DNA of 47,507 bases from a virus. This document shows, in pieces, positions 7,679-15,943 of this stretch. Position numbers and translations under genes: made by a program. Numbering within the stretch: position 1 is the first letter of the stretch; each line of letters opens with the position of its first letter. Location: the IMG/VR virus record IMGVR_UViG_3300043640_000025, positions 1 to 47,507 of that record; one strand, given 5' to 3'. The notes beneath the pieces are model-generated. The model made no database searches, was not told the DNA's origin, and worked only from the letters and a program-made list of their open reading frames with translations.

Positions 7679-8104
7679 ATGAAAGCAAGTACCATCCTGA
7701 TGAGTATGGCTATGCTTATAGCACTACCCATATCGGCGCAGGCTTTGCAGCAAACCGATCACGACACCTCTCGGATCGCCGAACATAAAGAGTTCATTCG
7801 AGGGTGCCGCTCGGCTACGCAATATATGGACGATCAAGCCTACACTCTAAGTGGAAATGAAGATTCGACGATCACCATCGCATGCATCGCGTATGTAAAC
7901 GGGATCAGCGAAGGTTTCGCAGCAGCAGGAAAAGTCACTGTCGGCGGAGTTCAAATATGCGTCGATGCGAAGGCGACTCCGGGACGAATTATTCGTCGCA
8001 TCGTTTCGTTGGACACGGATGATCCGCAGCACTGGGAAAAGGCATCGACCAGGATCACCGTAATTGCTGCCCTTGCTCAGCTCTATCCGTGCAATAAGTT
8101 GTAA
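7679..8104 (+). CDS. Secreted/periplasmic protein, Rap1a/Tai-like immunity-protein candidate
   Basis: Signal peptide MKASTILMSMAMLIALPISAQA. Cys pattern C.AYVNGI...IC(n)...ALAQLYPC resembles the Rap1a family as I recall it. AT-richer DNA. Sits directly behind cI and before a terminator. Confidence 0.45.
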   Translation: MKASTILMSMAMLIALPISAQALQQTDHDTSRIAEHKEFIRGCRSATQYMDDQAYTLSGNEDSTITIACIAYVNGISEGFAAAGKVTVGGVQICVDAKATPGRIIRRIVSLDTDDPQHWEKASTRITVIAALAQLYPCNKL

Positions 8105-8128
8105 GCCTCTTTCTTCGAAAACCACCAC

Positions 8129-8150
8129 CCCGCTCGCAGCGGGTTTTTTT
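8129..8150 (+). terminator. Rho-independent terminator of the cI operon
   Basis: cccgct-cgc-agcggg stem-loop followed by T7. Confidence 0.7.
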
Positions 8151-8202
8151 GTGCCTGGCAAAAGAAAAATAAACGGTGGCTGAACACATGTAAGTCAGCT
8201 TA

Positions 8203-8238
8203 GTAAGCATGCTTGCATTGAGATATAAGTATGCTTAT
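8203..8238. promoter_or_regulatory. OL-like operator pair
   Basis: GTAAGCATGCTTGC 8203-8216 and ATAAGTATGCTTAT 8225-8238. The second is the exact reverse complement of the 6912-6925 site. Confidence 0.6.
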
Positions 8239-8241
8239 AGT
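8213..8241 (+). promoter_or_regulatory. Candidate PL-like early promoter
   Basis: TTGCAT - 17 nt - TATAGT. Both hexamers overlap the two operator palindromes, and the first gene starts at 8280. Confidence 0.35.
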
Positions 8242-8279
8242 CTCTCCACGCCGAGGAAGTCCCCGGCCTGGAGACAGCC

Positions 8280-8456
8280 ATGAACATCACGAATGCTTCC
8301 GCCCTGATCACCGCCGCGCTCGCCAGTGGCACCATTGATGCAGCGACCGCCCTCCGCGCGCAGTCCGCCATCCGTGAATCGTCCTACTACGGCCTTCGCA
8401 TGACCGCCGACGATCGTCAGCGGATGCTCGCCAACCGCTTCGGCATCAGCGCCTAA
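8280..8456 (+). CDS. Hypothetical small protein (58 aa), first gene of the rightward early operon
   Basis: GGAG 6 nt upstream of the ATG; stop 3 nt before the next ATG. Not in the ORF track (under 60 aa). Preferred over the antisense ORF 8235..8492. Confidence 0.5.
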   Translation: MNITNASALITAALASGTIDAATALRAQSAIRESSYYGLRMTADDRQRMLANRFGISA

Positions 8457-8459
8457 GCC

Positions 8460-8675
8460 ATGAAGAATCCGAGCCCCCTCATTACCGGTCACGGCCTTGG
8501 CATGACGCCAGCCGACGCCCCGCTGGAATTCGTCAGCGACCAGCTGCGTATCGACGCCGCCCGCGCCGGCATCTCCGCCCTGAAGGCCAAGAACGCCGAG
8601 GCATCAGCTTTGAGCGCCGCTCTCGCCGAAGACGATGTTCCCTCCCGCGAACTGTGGATTGGAGACCTGTCATGA
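8460..8675 (+). CDS. Hypothetical protein
   Basis: 71 aa. The stop overlaps the next start (ATGA). Confidence 0.5.
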   Translation: MKNPSPLITGHGLGMTPADAPLEFVSDQLRIDAARAGISALKAKNAEASALSAALAEDDVPSRELWIGDLS

Positions 8676-8842
8676 ACCAGCGCCAGATCAACGCGACCAA
8701 TCGCCTGCTCCAGTCCTGCGAAATGATCCTCGACAGCATGAGCCGCACCGAGCAGCCGGCGATGTATGCCCGCCTCCGGTCCGACGTTCTCGCGGTCAAG
8801 GCGCAGATGGAGCCGTCCGAGCAGATGGAGGTACTGGCATGA
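8672..8842 (+). CDS. Hypothetical protein (56 aa)
   Basis: ATG at 8672 with GGAG 7 nt upstream. ATGA overlaps at both ends. Confidence 0.5.
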   Translation: MNQRQINATNRLLQSCEMILDSMSRTEQPAMYARLRSDVLAVKAQMEPSEQMEVLA

Positions 8843-9153
8843 ACCAGACCCTCCGCCAGCGCAATGCCGTCCGCTCGCCCCGTAGCGACCTCCGCGCAAA
8901 TGATCGTCGTCGTTTCGGCTGCGCGCCGATGAGCCCGGTCCGTCATGCCGACGACAGCCGTCCGGGCCACACGATGCTCATGATCCTCCTTGTCATCGGA
9001 TCGGTCATCGGTGCGTCACAGATCGATACCGGCTCGAAGGAGCACGCCCGCATCCGCGCTGATCGGATGGAGTGTGCCGCCCACCACCAGTCCTTCGTCA
9101 TGGTCAATGATGGCGATAGGGATGACGTGATGTGTGTGGGGGAAGCGCAGTGA
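8839..9153 (+). CDS. Hypothetical membrane protein
   Basis: Start MNQTLRQ with GGAGG upstream. One hydrophobic helix, MLMILLVIGSVIGA. Confidence 0.5.
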   Translation: MNQTLRQRNAVRSPRSDLRANDRRRFGCAPMSPVRHADDSRPGHTMLMILLVIGSVIGASQIDTGSKEHARIRADRMECAAHHQSFVMVNDGDRDDVMCVGEAQ

Positions 9154-9482
9154 CTCGCCACGCCCAGGCCACTTGCTACGCATCCCGCTCCGCCGGCGAG
9201 GAAGCCATTCGCTTCGGCACCGAGTCAGCTGCCGCCGAGTACTTGGCCGAACTCACGGACATCGAACTGCATGATCCGCGCAACTGGGAAGAAGGCCTTG
9301 CGTCATCCATCGACCGTGATTCCGCGACCGGCCGCGAGATCGTCCGCCTCTTCATGATCGGTGATCTGCTCGCTGCTGCAACGCTGATGAACAAACAGGT
9401 CCGTCCGTGGTGCAAGCAGGTTGCCGAGGACGCGATTGCGAAAGAAGCCGATATCGCTGCGCGCGAATGGGACGGCCAATGA
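9150..9482 (+). CDS. Hypothetical protein
   Basis: GTG at 9150 (GTGA overlap, GGGGGAAG upstream). An alternative ATG is at 9132. Confidence 0.5.
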   Translation: MTRHAQATCYASRSAGEEAIRFGTESAAAEYLAELTDIELHDPRNWEEGLASSIDRDSATGREIVRLFMIGDLLAAATLMNKQVRPWCKQVAEDAIAKEADIAAREWDGQ

Positions 9483-9622
9483 CCATCTTCCGTTGCCGCA
9501 TCGGCCGTGAAACCGCCCCTGGCGTCGTCCAGACGCTTACCTACATCGGACCCTTTGAAAGCATCCCGGCTGGTTGGTCGATGGTGATGCGGCGGGTCGT
9601 TAACTCAAGGAAATCTGCATGA
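9479..9622 (+). CDS. Hypothetical small protein (47 aa)
   Basis: ATGA overlaps at both ends (9479 and 9619). Confidence 0.4.
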   Translation: MTIFRCRIGRETAPGVVQTLTYIGPFESIPAGWSMVMRRVVNSRKSA

Positions 9623-10527
9623 AGATCGAAATTAAGAATCGCTGGACCGGTGCCGTGCAGTTTGCTTGCGAACTGACCGCTGAGATTGCCGACAAGTCGT
9701 ATTCAGTCCAGCTTGGCTTTGCCGCAACGACGGCGTTAGCCGACGGTGCGAACCTGCGCGATGCGGACCTGGGCGGTGCGAACCTGCGCGATGCGAACCT
9801 GCGCGGTGCGAACCTGCGCGATGCGGACCTGGGCGATGCGGACCTGGGCGGTGCGAACCTGGGCGATGCGAACCTGCGCGGTGCGAACCTGGGCGGTGCG
9901 AACCTGCGCGGTGCGAACCTGCGCGATGCGGACCTGGGCGGTGCGAACCTGGGCGGTGCGAACCTGGGCGATGCGAACCTGGGCGATGCGAACCTGCGCG
10001 ATGCGAACCTGCGCGGTGCGAACCTGGGCGATGCGGACCTGGGCGGTGCGGACCTGGGCGATGCGAACCTGCGCGATGCGAACCTGCGCGGTGCGGACCT
10101 GCGCGATGCGGACCTGGGCGATGCGAACCTGGGCGGTGCGAACCTGGGCGGTGCGGACCTGGGCGGTGCGAACCTGGGCGGTGCGAACCTGCGTTCATTC
10201 AAAGCCGACCTCTGGATGACGCTTACCGATAACTGGCATGAAGTTCCGGCCCTGGTCACCGCCCTCCGCGAAGGCCGCGTCAACGGTTCGACCTATACCG
10301 GGTCTTGCGCCTGCCTGGTCGGCACCATCGCGAACGCCAAGGGCATCAGCTACGAAACCCTTGCACACGATTCGAATAACCCCGCCGAACAGTGGTTCCT
10401 GATGATCAAGACCGGCGACACACCGGACTCGGATACCGGTGGCGGATTCGCCTGCAAGAAGGCCCTTGAGTGGACGCTCGAATGGTGCGCGCTGAATGGT
10501 GTCGCCTTGCCGGAAGTCGCGGCGTGA
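9619..10527 (+). CDS. Pentapeptide-repeat protein with a Cys-containing C-terminal domain
   Basis: 302 aa. 30 consecutive (G/D)A(N/D)L(R/G) pentapeptides, followed by about 110 aa of non-repeat sequence (GSCACLVGTIANAKG...). Confidence 0.9.
   Translation: MKIEIKNRWTGAVQFACELTAEIADKSYSVQLGFAATTALADGANLRDADLGGANLRDANLRGANLRDADLGDADLGGANLGDANLRGANLGGANLRGANLRDADLGGANLGGANLGDANLGDANLRDANLRGANLGDADLGGADLGDANLRDANLRGADLRDADLGDANLGGANLGGADLGGANLGGANLRSFKADLWMTLTDNWHEVPALVTALREGRVNGSTYTGSCACLVGTIANAKGISYETLAHDSNNPAEQWFLMIKTGDTPDSDTGGGFACKKALEWTLEWCALNGVALPEVAA
9745..10194 (+). repeat. 30 tandem copies of a 15-bp unit G[G/A]TGCG[A/G]ACCTG[C/G]GC
   Basis: Counted unit by unit. Variation is confined to unit positions 2, 7 and 13, plus the last base of unit 30. 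Confidence 0.95.
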
Positions 10528-10602
10528 TCGTCCTCATCTTCCTTCTCCAGACCTTTGCGTAACCCAATTTATCACGCTGGTTTCGGCCAGCAAAGGAATT
10601 CC

Positions 10603-11370
10603 ATGAACGCCCTTGCTGTGCATTCCACCTCAACCGGCATGACCAATAGCGCCCGCATGAATGCGCTGGTGCCAACCTCGATGTCGGAGGCTATGCACCT
10701 GGCCGACATCATGTCGCAGGCAAACCTTTTGCCGGACCACCTCCGGGGTAAGCCTGGCGACTGCTTGCTCGTCATCATGCAGGCCCAGCGATGGGGTATG
10801 GACCCCGTGTCTGTCGCGCAATGCACTTCGGTGGTTCGTGGAAAGCTGTGCTACGAGGGAAAGCTCGTCGCTGCCGCGCTCTATGCGACTGGGTCGGTCG
10901 AGGGGCGCATCAAGTACACATACAGCGACACCGGCACCAAGCGAAGGGTCGTTGTCTCGGCAATCCCGCGCGGCGAAACGGAATACGTCAGCATCGAAGG
11001 CACAGTCGGCCAGTGGGCAACCGATAACAATAACTGGACGCAGAGTCCTGACGACATGCTCGCCTATCGCGGGGCTCGCCAGTGGGCGCGTCGCCACGCG
11101 CCGGAAGCCCTCCTTGGCGTCTATACCCCCGATGAACTCGAAGATACGTCGCCGACCCAGGCCACTGTCGTTTCCGTCACGACCGTCGAGTACCCGGTAG
11201 CCGACTTCGATAAGAACCTGCCCGCCTGGTTGAACGCGATCGTTACTGGCCGCCGCACTGCCGACGACATCATCGCCATGGCCGAGACGAAGGGTCGCCT
11301 GACCGAAGACCAGAAATCCAAGATTCGCGCCAAGCCGGCGCAGACCGCATCCGAGGGGAATGACCAGTGA
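10603..11370 (+). CDS. recT: RecT-family single-strand annealing protein
   Basis: ATG at 10603 with AAAGGAA upstream. MHLADIMSQANLLPDHLRGKPGDCLLVIMQAQRWGMDP is RecT-like. Followed by the exonuclease, so a recombination pair. Confidence 0.65.
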   Translation: MNALAVHSTSTGMTNSARMNALVPTSMSEAMHLADIMSQANLLPDHLRGKPGDCLLVIMQAQRWGMDPVSVAQCTSVVRGKLCYEGKLVAAALYATGSVEGRIKYTYSDTGTKRRVVVSAIPRGETEYVSIEGTVGQWATDNNNWTQSPDDMLAYRGARQWARRHAPEALLGVYTPDELEDTSPTQATVVSVTTVEYPVADFDKNLPAWLNAIVTGRRTADDIIAMAETKGRLTEDQKSKIRAKPAQTASEGNDQ

Positions 11371-13136
11371 AGATTCTCAACCTTATCCAAGGCACGCCTG
11401 ATTGGCACCAGCACCGCGCTACCCACTTCAACGCCAGTGACGCGCCCGCCATGCTTGGCGTATCCCCGTACAAGACGCGTGACCAGCTCATCCGTGAAAA
11501 GGCGACGGGCGTGGCGCCTGACATCGATCCATCGACACAGCGACGCTTCGATGACGGCCATCGCTACGAGGCGCTTGCTAGGCCCATTGCGGAGCGGATC
11601 ATCGGCGAGGACTTGTTCCCATGCGTAGGCGAGGACGGCAATCTATCGGCTAGTTTCGACGGCCTGACGATCCTTGGCGACGTGGCATTCGAGCATAAGT
11701 CGCTCAACGACGACCTTCGCGCGACCTTCGCTGAAATCGACACCATGGCGCCGGAATACCGTGAAGGCATCAGCGCAGGGGACCACTTGGCCGAACACTA
11801 CCGTGTCCAGATGGAGCAGCAGTGCATGGTATCGGGCGCGGAGCGCGTGCTCTTCATCGCCTCGAAGTGGAGCGGTGACGATCTGGTCGAAGAGCGTCAC
11901 TGCTGGTACGGCACCGACGCAACGCTCCGTGCGCGGATCATTGCCGGCTGGGATCAGTTCGAAGATGACGTTTCGGCATACCAGCACGTCGAGGTGTCGG
12001 CGCCGGCTGCCGTAGGCCGCGCCCCGGAGCAGCTGCCGACCCTTCGCGTCGAAGTCACAGGCATGGTCACGGCCAGCAACCTCGCCGAATTCCGTGCTAA
12101 TGCCAGGACGGTTCTCAGCAAGATCAACCGGGATCTTCAGACCGACGAGGACTTCGCCAATGCCGATCAGGCGGTGAAGTGGTGCAAGGGTGTCGAGGAA
12201 AGGCTCGAACTCACGAAACAACAGGTCTTGAGCCAGACGGCTGATATTGAGGCCGTTTTCCGGACCATGGATGAGGTGGCAGAAGAAACCCGACAGGTCC
12301 GCCTCGACCTGGATCGCCTGGTCAAGGCTGAGAAGGAACGTCGCCGCGGTGAAATCGTTGCGGATGGCGTGGGCGCCGTTCGTTCGCACTACGACAGCAT
12401 CAACGCCACGCTTGGCCAGCATGCGATACAGGTCCCGGCCGGCTTGCAGAGCATCATCGGCGAGGCCATCAAGGGCAAGAAGACCCTGACCAGTATCCGT
12501 GAGGCCGCAAACGGCGCTGCGGCAAACGCGAAGATATCTGCTAGCCAGGTCGCTGAGCGCGTGCGCGGCAATGTCGCGGTCTTGGCCGAGTATCCGGACC
12601 ATGCTCACCTTTTCGCTGATCGCGTGCAGCTGTGCGCGTCGAAGGAACCCGCCGACCTGCGCAACCTTGCGTTGGCCCGCATCGCCGAACTTCGTGAGAA
12701 GGAAGATCGTCAGCGTGAATCCGATCGCGAGCGCATCCGCCAGGAAGAGGTAGACAAACTGGCACGGGAAGCCGAGGCGGTAGCGGCGGCGTCCGCTCCC
12801 CCGGCGCCGGTCGATCCCATCGTGGAAACGGCGGCATCCGACCATCCCGAATCATTCAATCACTCCGAACCTAAGGCTATCGAGTCTCCGGCGCCCTTCG
12901 ATGTCTTCGCGCCGAAAGCCACCCAGTCCACGCGCGCAACGGTCAAGCTCGGTGACATCAACGCGCGCATCGCGCCCCTTTCGATCACCGCTGAGGGCCT
13001 TAGCTCCCTGGGCTTCACCCCGGTTGGGACGGACCGCGCCGCGAAGCTTTATTCCGTCGTCGATCTTCCGGCGATCTACCGTGCCATGTGGCGCGTAATC
13101 GAAGGCGCTGCGGCGCCCGCCCGGAAGGTGGGCTGA
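11367..13136 (+). CDS. YqaJ/lambda-Exo-type exonuclease with a roughly 350-aa C-terminal extension
   Basis: N-terminus [36 protein letters not shown] and FEHKS match the YqaJ fold. GTG start with a GTGA overlap. The rest is coiled-coil and Ala/Pro-rich. Confidence 0.75.
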   Translation: MKILNLIQGTPDWHQHRATHFNASDAPAMLGVSPYKTRDQLIREKATGVAPDIDPSTQRRFDDGHRYEALARPIAERIIGEDLFPCVGEDGNLSASFDGLTILGDVAFEHKSLNDDLRATFAEIDTMAPEYREGISAGDHLAEHYRVQMEQQCMVSGAERVLFIASKWSGDDLVEERHCWYGTDATLRARIIAGWDQFEDDVSAYQHVEVSAPAAVGRAPEQLPTLRVEVTGMVTASNLAEFRANARTVLSKINRDLQTDEDFANADQAVKWCKGVEERLELTKQQVLSQTADIEAVFRTMDEVAEETRQVRLDLDRLVKAEKERRRGEIVADGVGAVRSHYDSINATLGQHAIQVPAGLQSIIGEAIKGKKTLTSIREAANGAAANAKISASQVAERVRGNVAVLAEYPDHAHLFADRVQLCASKEPADLRNLALARIAELREKEDRQRESDRERIRQEEVDKLAREAEAVAAASAPPAPVDPIVETAASDHPESFNHSEPKAIESPAPFDVFAPKATQSTRATVKLGDINARIAPLSITAEGLSSLGFTPVGTDRAAKLYSVVDLPAIYRAMWRVIEGAAAPARKVG

Positions 13137-13138
13137 CC

Positions 13139-13621
13139 ATGGCGCGCGGAGTCAACAAGGTAATCATCGTCGGCAACCTCGGCGCGGACCCGGAAACCCG
13201 GTACACCACCAGCGGCACGGCGATCACCAGCCTGCGTCTCGCCACCAGCGAGAACTGGACCGACAAGCAGTCGGGCGAGAAGCAGGAACGCACCGAGTGG
13301 CACCGCGTGAAGCTGTTCGGCAAGCTCGCCGAAATCGCGGGCGAGTACCTGAAGAAAGGTCGCCAGGTCTATATCGAAGGCTCGCTTCGCACCGACAAGT
13401 ACACCGATAAGGATGGGATCGAGCGCTACTCGACGGACATCATCGCCAATGAGATGCAAATGCTCGGCGGGAATCCTGGCGGGGAAGGATCGCAAGGTTC
13501 GCAGCGCCAGGGTCAGGGTGGCGGATACCGCGAGCCACGCAACGACGGCGATCGCCAGCCGCCCCGTCAGTCGCCGACAGATAACGGCAATTTCGATCCT
13601 GACGACGATTTGCCCTTCTGA
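13139..13621 (+). CDS. ssb: Single-stranded DNA-binding protein
   Basis: [19 protein letters not shown]...WHRV..FGKLAE OB-fold motif, Gly/Gln-rich linker and acidic tail DDDLPF. Confidence 0.95.
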   Translation: MARGVNKVIIVGNLGADPETRYTTSGTAITSLRLATSENWTDKQSGEKQERTEWHRVKLFGKLAEIAGEYLKKGRQVYIEGSLRTDKYTDKDGIERYSTDIIANEMQMLGGNPGGEGSQGSQRQGQGGGYREPRNDGDRQPPRQSPTDNGNFDPDDDLPF

Positions 13622-13629
13622 GGTGACCC

Positions 13630-13824
13630 ATGAATGGCACTCCCGACATGTTCTCCGGCTTCTTCGACAACAACGAAACCAAGCACCGCGAACACTGGAA
13701 CAACGGCGTCAAGGGACGCCGCGCGCATCGGTCGACCATCAGCCCGAGCAATCCGTGGAAGGAGTTGCGGGCTCCATGGGGAACATATGCGGACCTTCCT
13801 GCTAACGCGGCACAAGCGGCCTAA
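13630..13824 (+). CDS. Hypothetical protein
   Basis: 64 aa with GAGGTG upstream. Confidence 0.45.
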   Translation: MNGTPDMFSGFFDNNETKHREHWNNGVKGRRAHRSTISPSNPWKELRAPWGTYADLPANAAQAA

Positions 13825-13844
13825 CCCCGCCCAAGGAGAACGAG

Positions 13845-14189
13845 ATGGAGAGTGAGAATGGTGGTGTGGATGTGAGGCTTGCGTCGTTCATCGCGACCCG
13901 TGATCGTCGCATTGCGAAGTCCCAACCGTGGTCGCCGACGCCATTGCTCGAATCGTTCCGCGAGCTTCTGTCGAAGGGAGAAACGATAGTTGGTGGACGG
14001 GCATCGTGTGGAGGAAAGGTAGATCCAACGTGGGTGATCTTCACTTCATGGAACGAGGTGGTGCGGAAGGCCCGGCAGTTCGGGTACGAAATTACCGTGA
14101 CAGACATCAAGCATGGCAATAGCTGGGCAACGAAGGCTGGTGGCTTCTGGAGCGAGAGTGAATACAAACTCGCAGCGAGGGAATCGTGA
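13845..14189 (+). CDS. Hypothetical protein
   Basis: 114 aa with a strong RBS, AAGGAGAACGAG-ATG. Start of the AT-richer island. Confidence 0.6.
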   Translation: MESENGGVDVRLASFIATRDRRIAKSQPWSPTPLLESFRELLSKGETIVGGRASCGGKVDPTWVIFTSWNEVVRKARQFGYEITVTDIKHGNSWATKAGGFWSESEYKLAARES

Positions 14190-14662
14190 TGGGGATTAAG
14201 CGGTATGAGAGTTGCGCCTTTGGCGTGGTCGAACACGTGGATGGTGACCTTGTACTCCACTCCGACTACAAAGACTATGTATTGAAAATCGCTAGGGCGT
14301 GGGCTGCGGATATTGAAATACATTCGGTCGTCATGGTCGAGAAAAACTCTTGGATCAAGCAGCTTCGCGAGATGCGAGACCACGCCGAGTCGGTCGTTCG
14401 CGTACAGAGCCAGACCATCGCCGACCACGCCGCCGTCATGGCTGAGAAAGATGCCGATCAGGATCGGTTGTGCGATGTCCTAAAGACTTCGGAATCTACC
14501 ATCACACAACAGTCAGAGAAGATCGCCGAACTCCGGGCCAAGTGTGAGTGGATGGGGGCGGCTTTGCGTGCGGTGTCCGAGTCAACACATCCAGGCTCGA
14601 AGTTTGTATTCCCGGACGAAGCTATCGCCATCGCCCGCACCGCCATCAAGGAGACGAAGTGA
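14186..14662 (+). CDS. Hypothetical coiled-coil protein
   Basis: 158 aa, coupled to both neighbours. Confidence 0.55.
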   Translation: MMGIKRYESCAFGVVEHVDGDLVLHSDYKDYVLKIARAWAADIEIHSVVMVEKNSWIKQLREMRDHAESVVRVQSQTIADHAAVMAEKDADQDRLCDVLKTSESTITQQSEKIAELRAKCEWMGAALRAVSESTHPGSKFVFPDEAIAIARTAIKETK

Positions 14663-14976
14663 TGGCAAGGTTTGTGAAGAAACCGGTTGTGGTCGAGGCC
14701 ATACAGTTTACCCAGTCCATGGCGGAAGGTCATGAGCCTCTTCCGGAAGCCGTAAGCATGTGGCGAAGGAGTCTCGGGCCTGATGGGCATTTCCCTGAGT
14801 ATGCGAATGATGGGAAGTACCTGGTTAATTACTCAACCCAGCACAAGCACTCTATCCGCACACTTGAAGGCGATATGGATGTGCAAATAGGTGACTGGAT
14901 CATCAGGGGCGTGGCTGGCGAATTATATCCGTGCAAGCCCCATATCTTCGAGCAGACCTATGAGGCCACCCCATGA
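14662..14976 (+). CDS. Hypothetical protein
   Basis: Start MARFVKKPVVVEAIQF; the ATG overlaps the upstream TGA by 1 nt. The C-terminal GDWIIRG..GELYPCKPHIFEQTYE resembles a small conserved phage family. Confidence 0.55.
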   Translation: MARFVKKPVVVEAIQFTQSMAEGHEPLPEAVSMWRRSLGPDGHFPEYANDGKYLVNYSTQHKHSIRTLEGDMDVQIGDWIIRGVAGELYPCKPHIFEQTYEATP

Positions 14977-15013
14977 CCACCTCGCGCTTCGTTGATTGTT
15001 TGGGGGTGGTGGG

Positions 15014-15733
15014 GTGAGCCGAATTGAAGTCATTGGCAACGCCACTCTTTACCTAGGTGACTGCCGAGAGATTATGCCGACACTTCCTTCGGTGGGGGCG
15101 ATCATCACGGACCCACCGTATAACGTGACGGAAGTAAACGGTAGAGACGGTACGAAGCCTGGAAAGGTTAAGAGGAAGGACGGGTCTTACGCTGAGGTGG
15201 TTAGAAACTTTGGCGATTGGGATAGGAACTTTTCCGTCGACTGGTTTCTAAATCTCGCATTCGAGATATTGCCTCATCGGGGAAATCTCATAGCGTTTAC
15301 ATCTGACAGGCTTTTGTCTAATTACATATCTGGTCCGATGAAGCATATGCGGACCATGCTTTGGAGGAAGACTAATTCGCCAGGATCGTTCAATGCGAAT
15401 TACATATCGTGTGTCGAATTCGCTGTTTGGCTAAGCAAAGAAGCCCCTGGCGTCTTCAACGGATCTCGATCATTGCAGCCTATATTCGACTACCCGAGCG
15501 TTCACGGTAAACATCGATTACATCCAACACAAAAACCATTGAAGCTTATGGACGATATTGTTCGACTTCATACGAATGAGTCATTCGCCGTCCTTGACCC
15601 ATTCATGGGAAGCGGAACAACTGGCGTTTCTTCACTGTCGGCAGGAAGAACATTCATAGGCATTGAGTCATGCCGGGAGCATTTTTACGACGCATGTAGG
15701 CGCATTGAGTCATGCGTCACCACTCACGCCTAA
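15014..15733 (+). CDS. DNA methyltransferase (beta-class N6-A/N4-C), orphan
   Basis: DPPYN motif IV near the N-terminus and DPFMGSGTTG motif I near the C-terminus. GTG at 15014 with a GGTGG RBS; the ORF track starts it at TTG 14996. Confidence 0.85.
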   Translation: MSRIEVIGNATLYLGDCREIMPTLPSVGAIITDPPYNVTEVNGRDGTKPGKVKRKDGSYAEVVRNFGDWDRNFSVDWFLNLAFEILPHRGNLIAFTSDRLLSNYISGPMKHMRTMLWRKTNSPGSFNANYISCVEFAVWLSKEAPGVFNGSRSLQPIFDYPSVHGKHRLHPTQKPLKLMDDIVRLHTNESFAVLDPFMGSGTTGVSSLSAGRTFIGIESCREHFYDACRRIESCVTTHA

Positions 15734-15751
15734 CCCCACAAGGCCCCAATC

Positions 15752-15943
15752 ATGACCGGCATAATCAAGTACGCGTGGCGAGAGATCACCAACGGCTATG
15801 CAAGGGTGAGTAACGCAACCGGTGAAATTGTCGCCGAGATTCACTGTTGTTCAGCCTCCCGGTATGGACCGCATACCTACGGCACGTCTAAGTTTATCGA
15901 TGTCGAATCAGCCAAGAAGGCTTGCGAAAAGGATTGGCCATGA
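15752..15943 (+). CDS. Hypothetical protein
   Basis: 63 aa between the methyltransferase and the 408-aa ORF. Confidence 0.5.
   Translation: MTGIIKYAWREITNGYARVSNATGEIVAEIHCCSASRYGPHTYGTSKFIDVESAKKACEKDWP

Noticed and set aside
8235-8492. 85-aa minus-strand ORF downstream of the OL-like operators.
   Set aside because: It overlaps the promoter/operator region and opposes the early operon. The plus strand has a 58-aa ORF with a GGAG RBS that leads straight into the next gene.
9745-10194. Possible CRISPR array or diversity-generating retroelement variable region.
   Set aside because: The units are contiguous with no spacers and lie in frame inside a CDS, so this is not a CRISPR array. No reverse transcriptase or template-repeat copy exists anywhere in the genome, and the variable sites are not restricted to adenines, so it is not a DGR.
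9600-10283. Three long extra ORFs across the 15-bp repeat array: 9600..10283 (-), 9632..10198 (-) and 9746..10219 (+).
   Set aside because: A stop-free 15-bp unit keeps every frame open, so these ORFs are repeat artefacts. They translate to monotonous RFAPP/HRPGS/MRTWA strings. Only the 9619..10527 frame has a coupled start and a non-repeat C-terminal domain.
11643-12845. 400-aa ORF antisense to the exonuclease gene.
   Set aside because: It is a shadow ORF in GC-rich DNA with Arg/Leu/Gly-rich composition, no RBS and no operon context. The sense strand has a clear YqaJ domain and coupled junctions.
13802-14428. 208-aa minus-strand ORF across 13845..14662.
   Set aside because: The plus strand here carries two ORFs with a strong AAGGAG RBS and coupled junctions in the same operon. 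The minus ORF has no context and would oppose early transcription.
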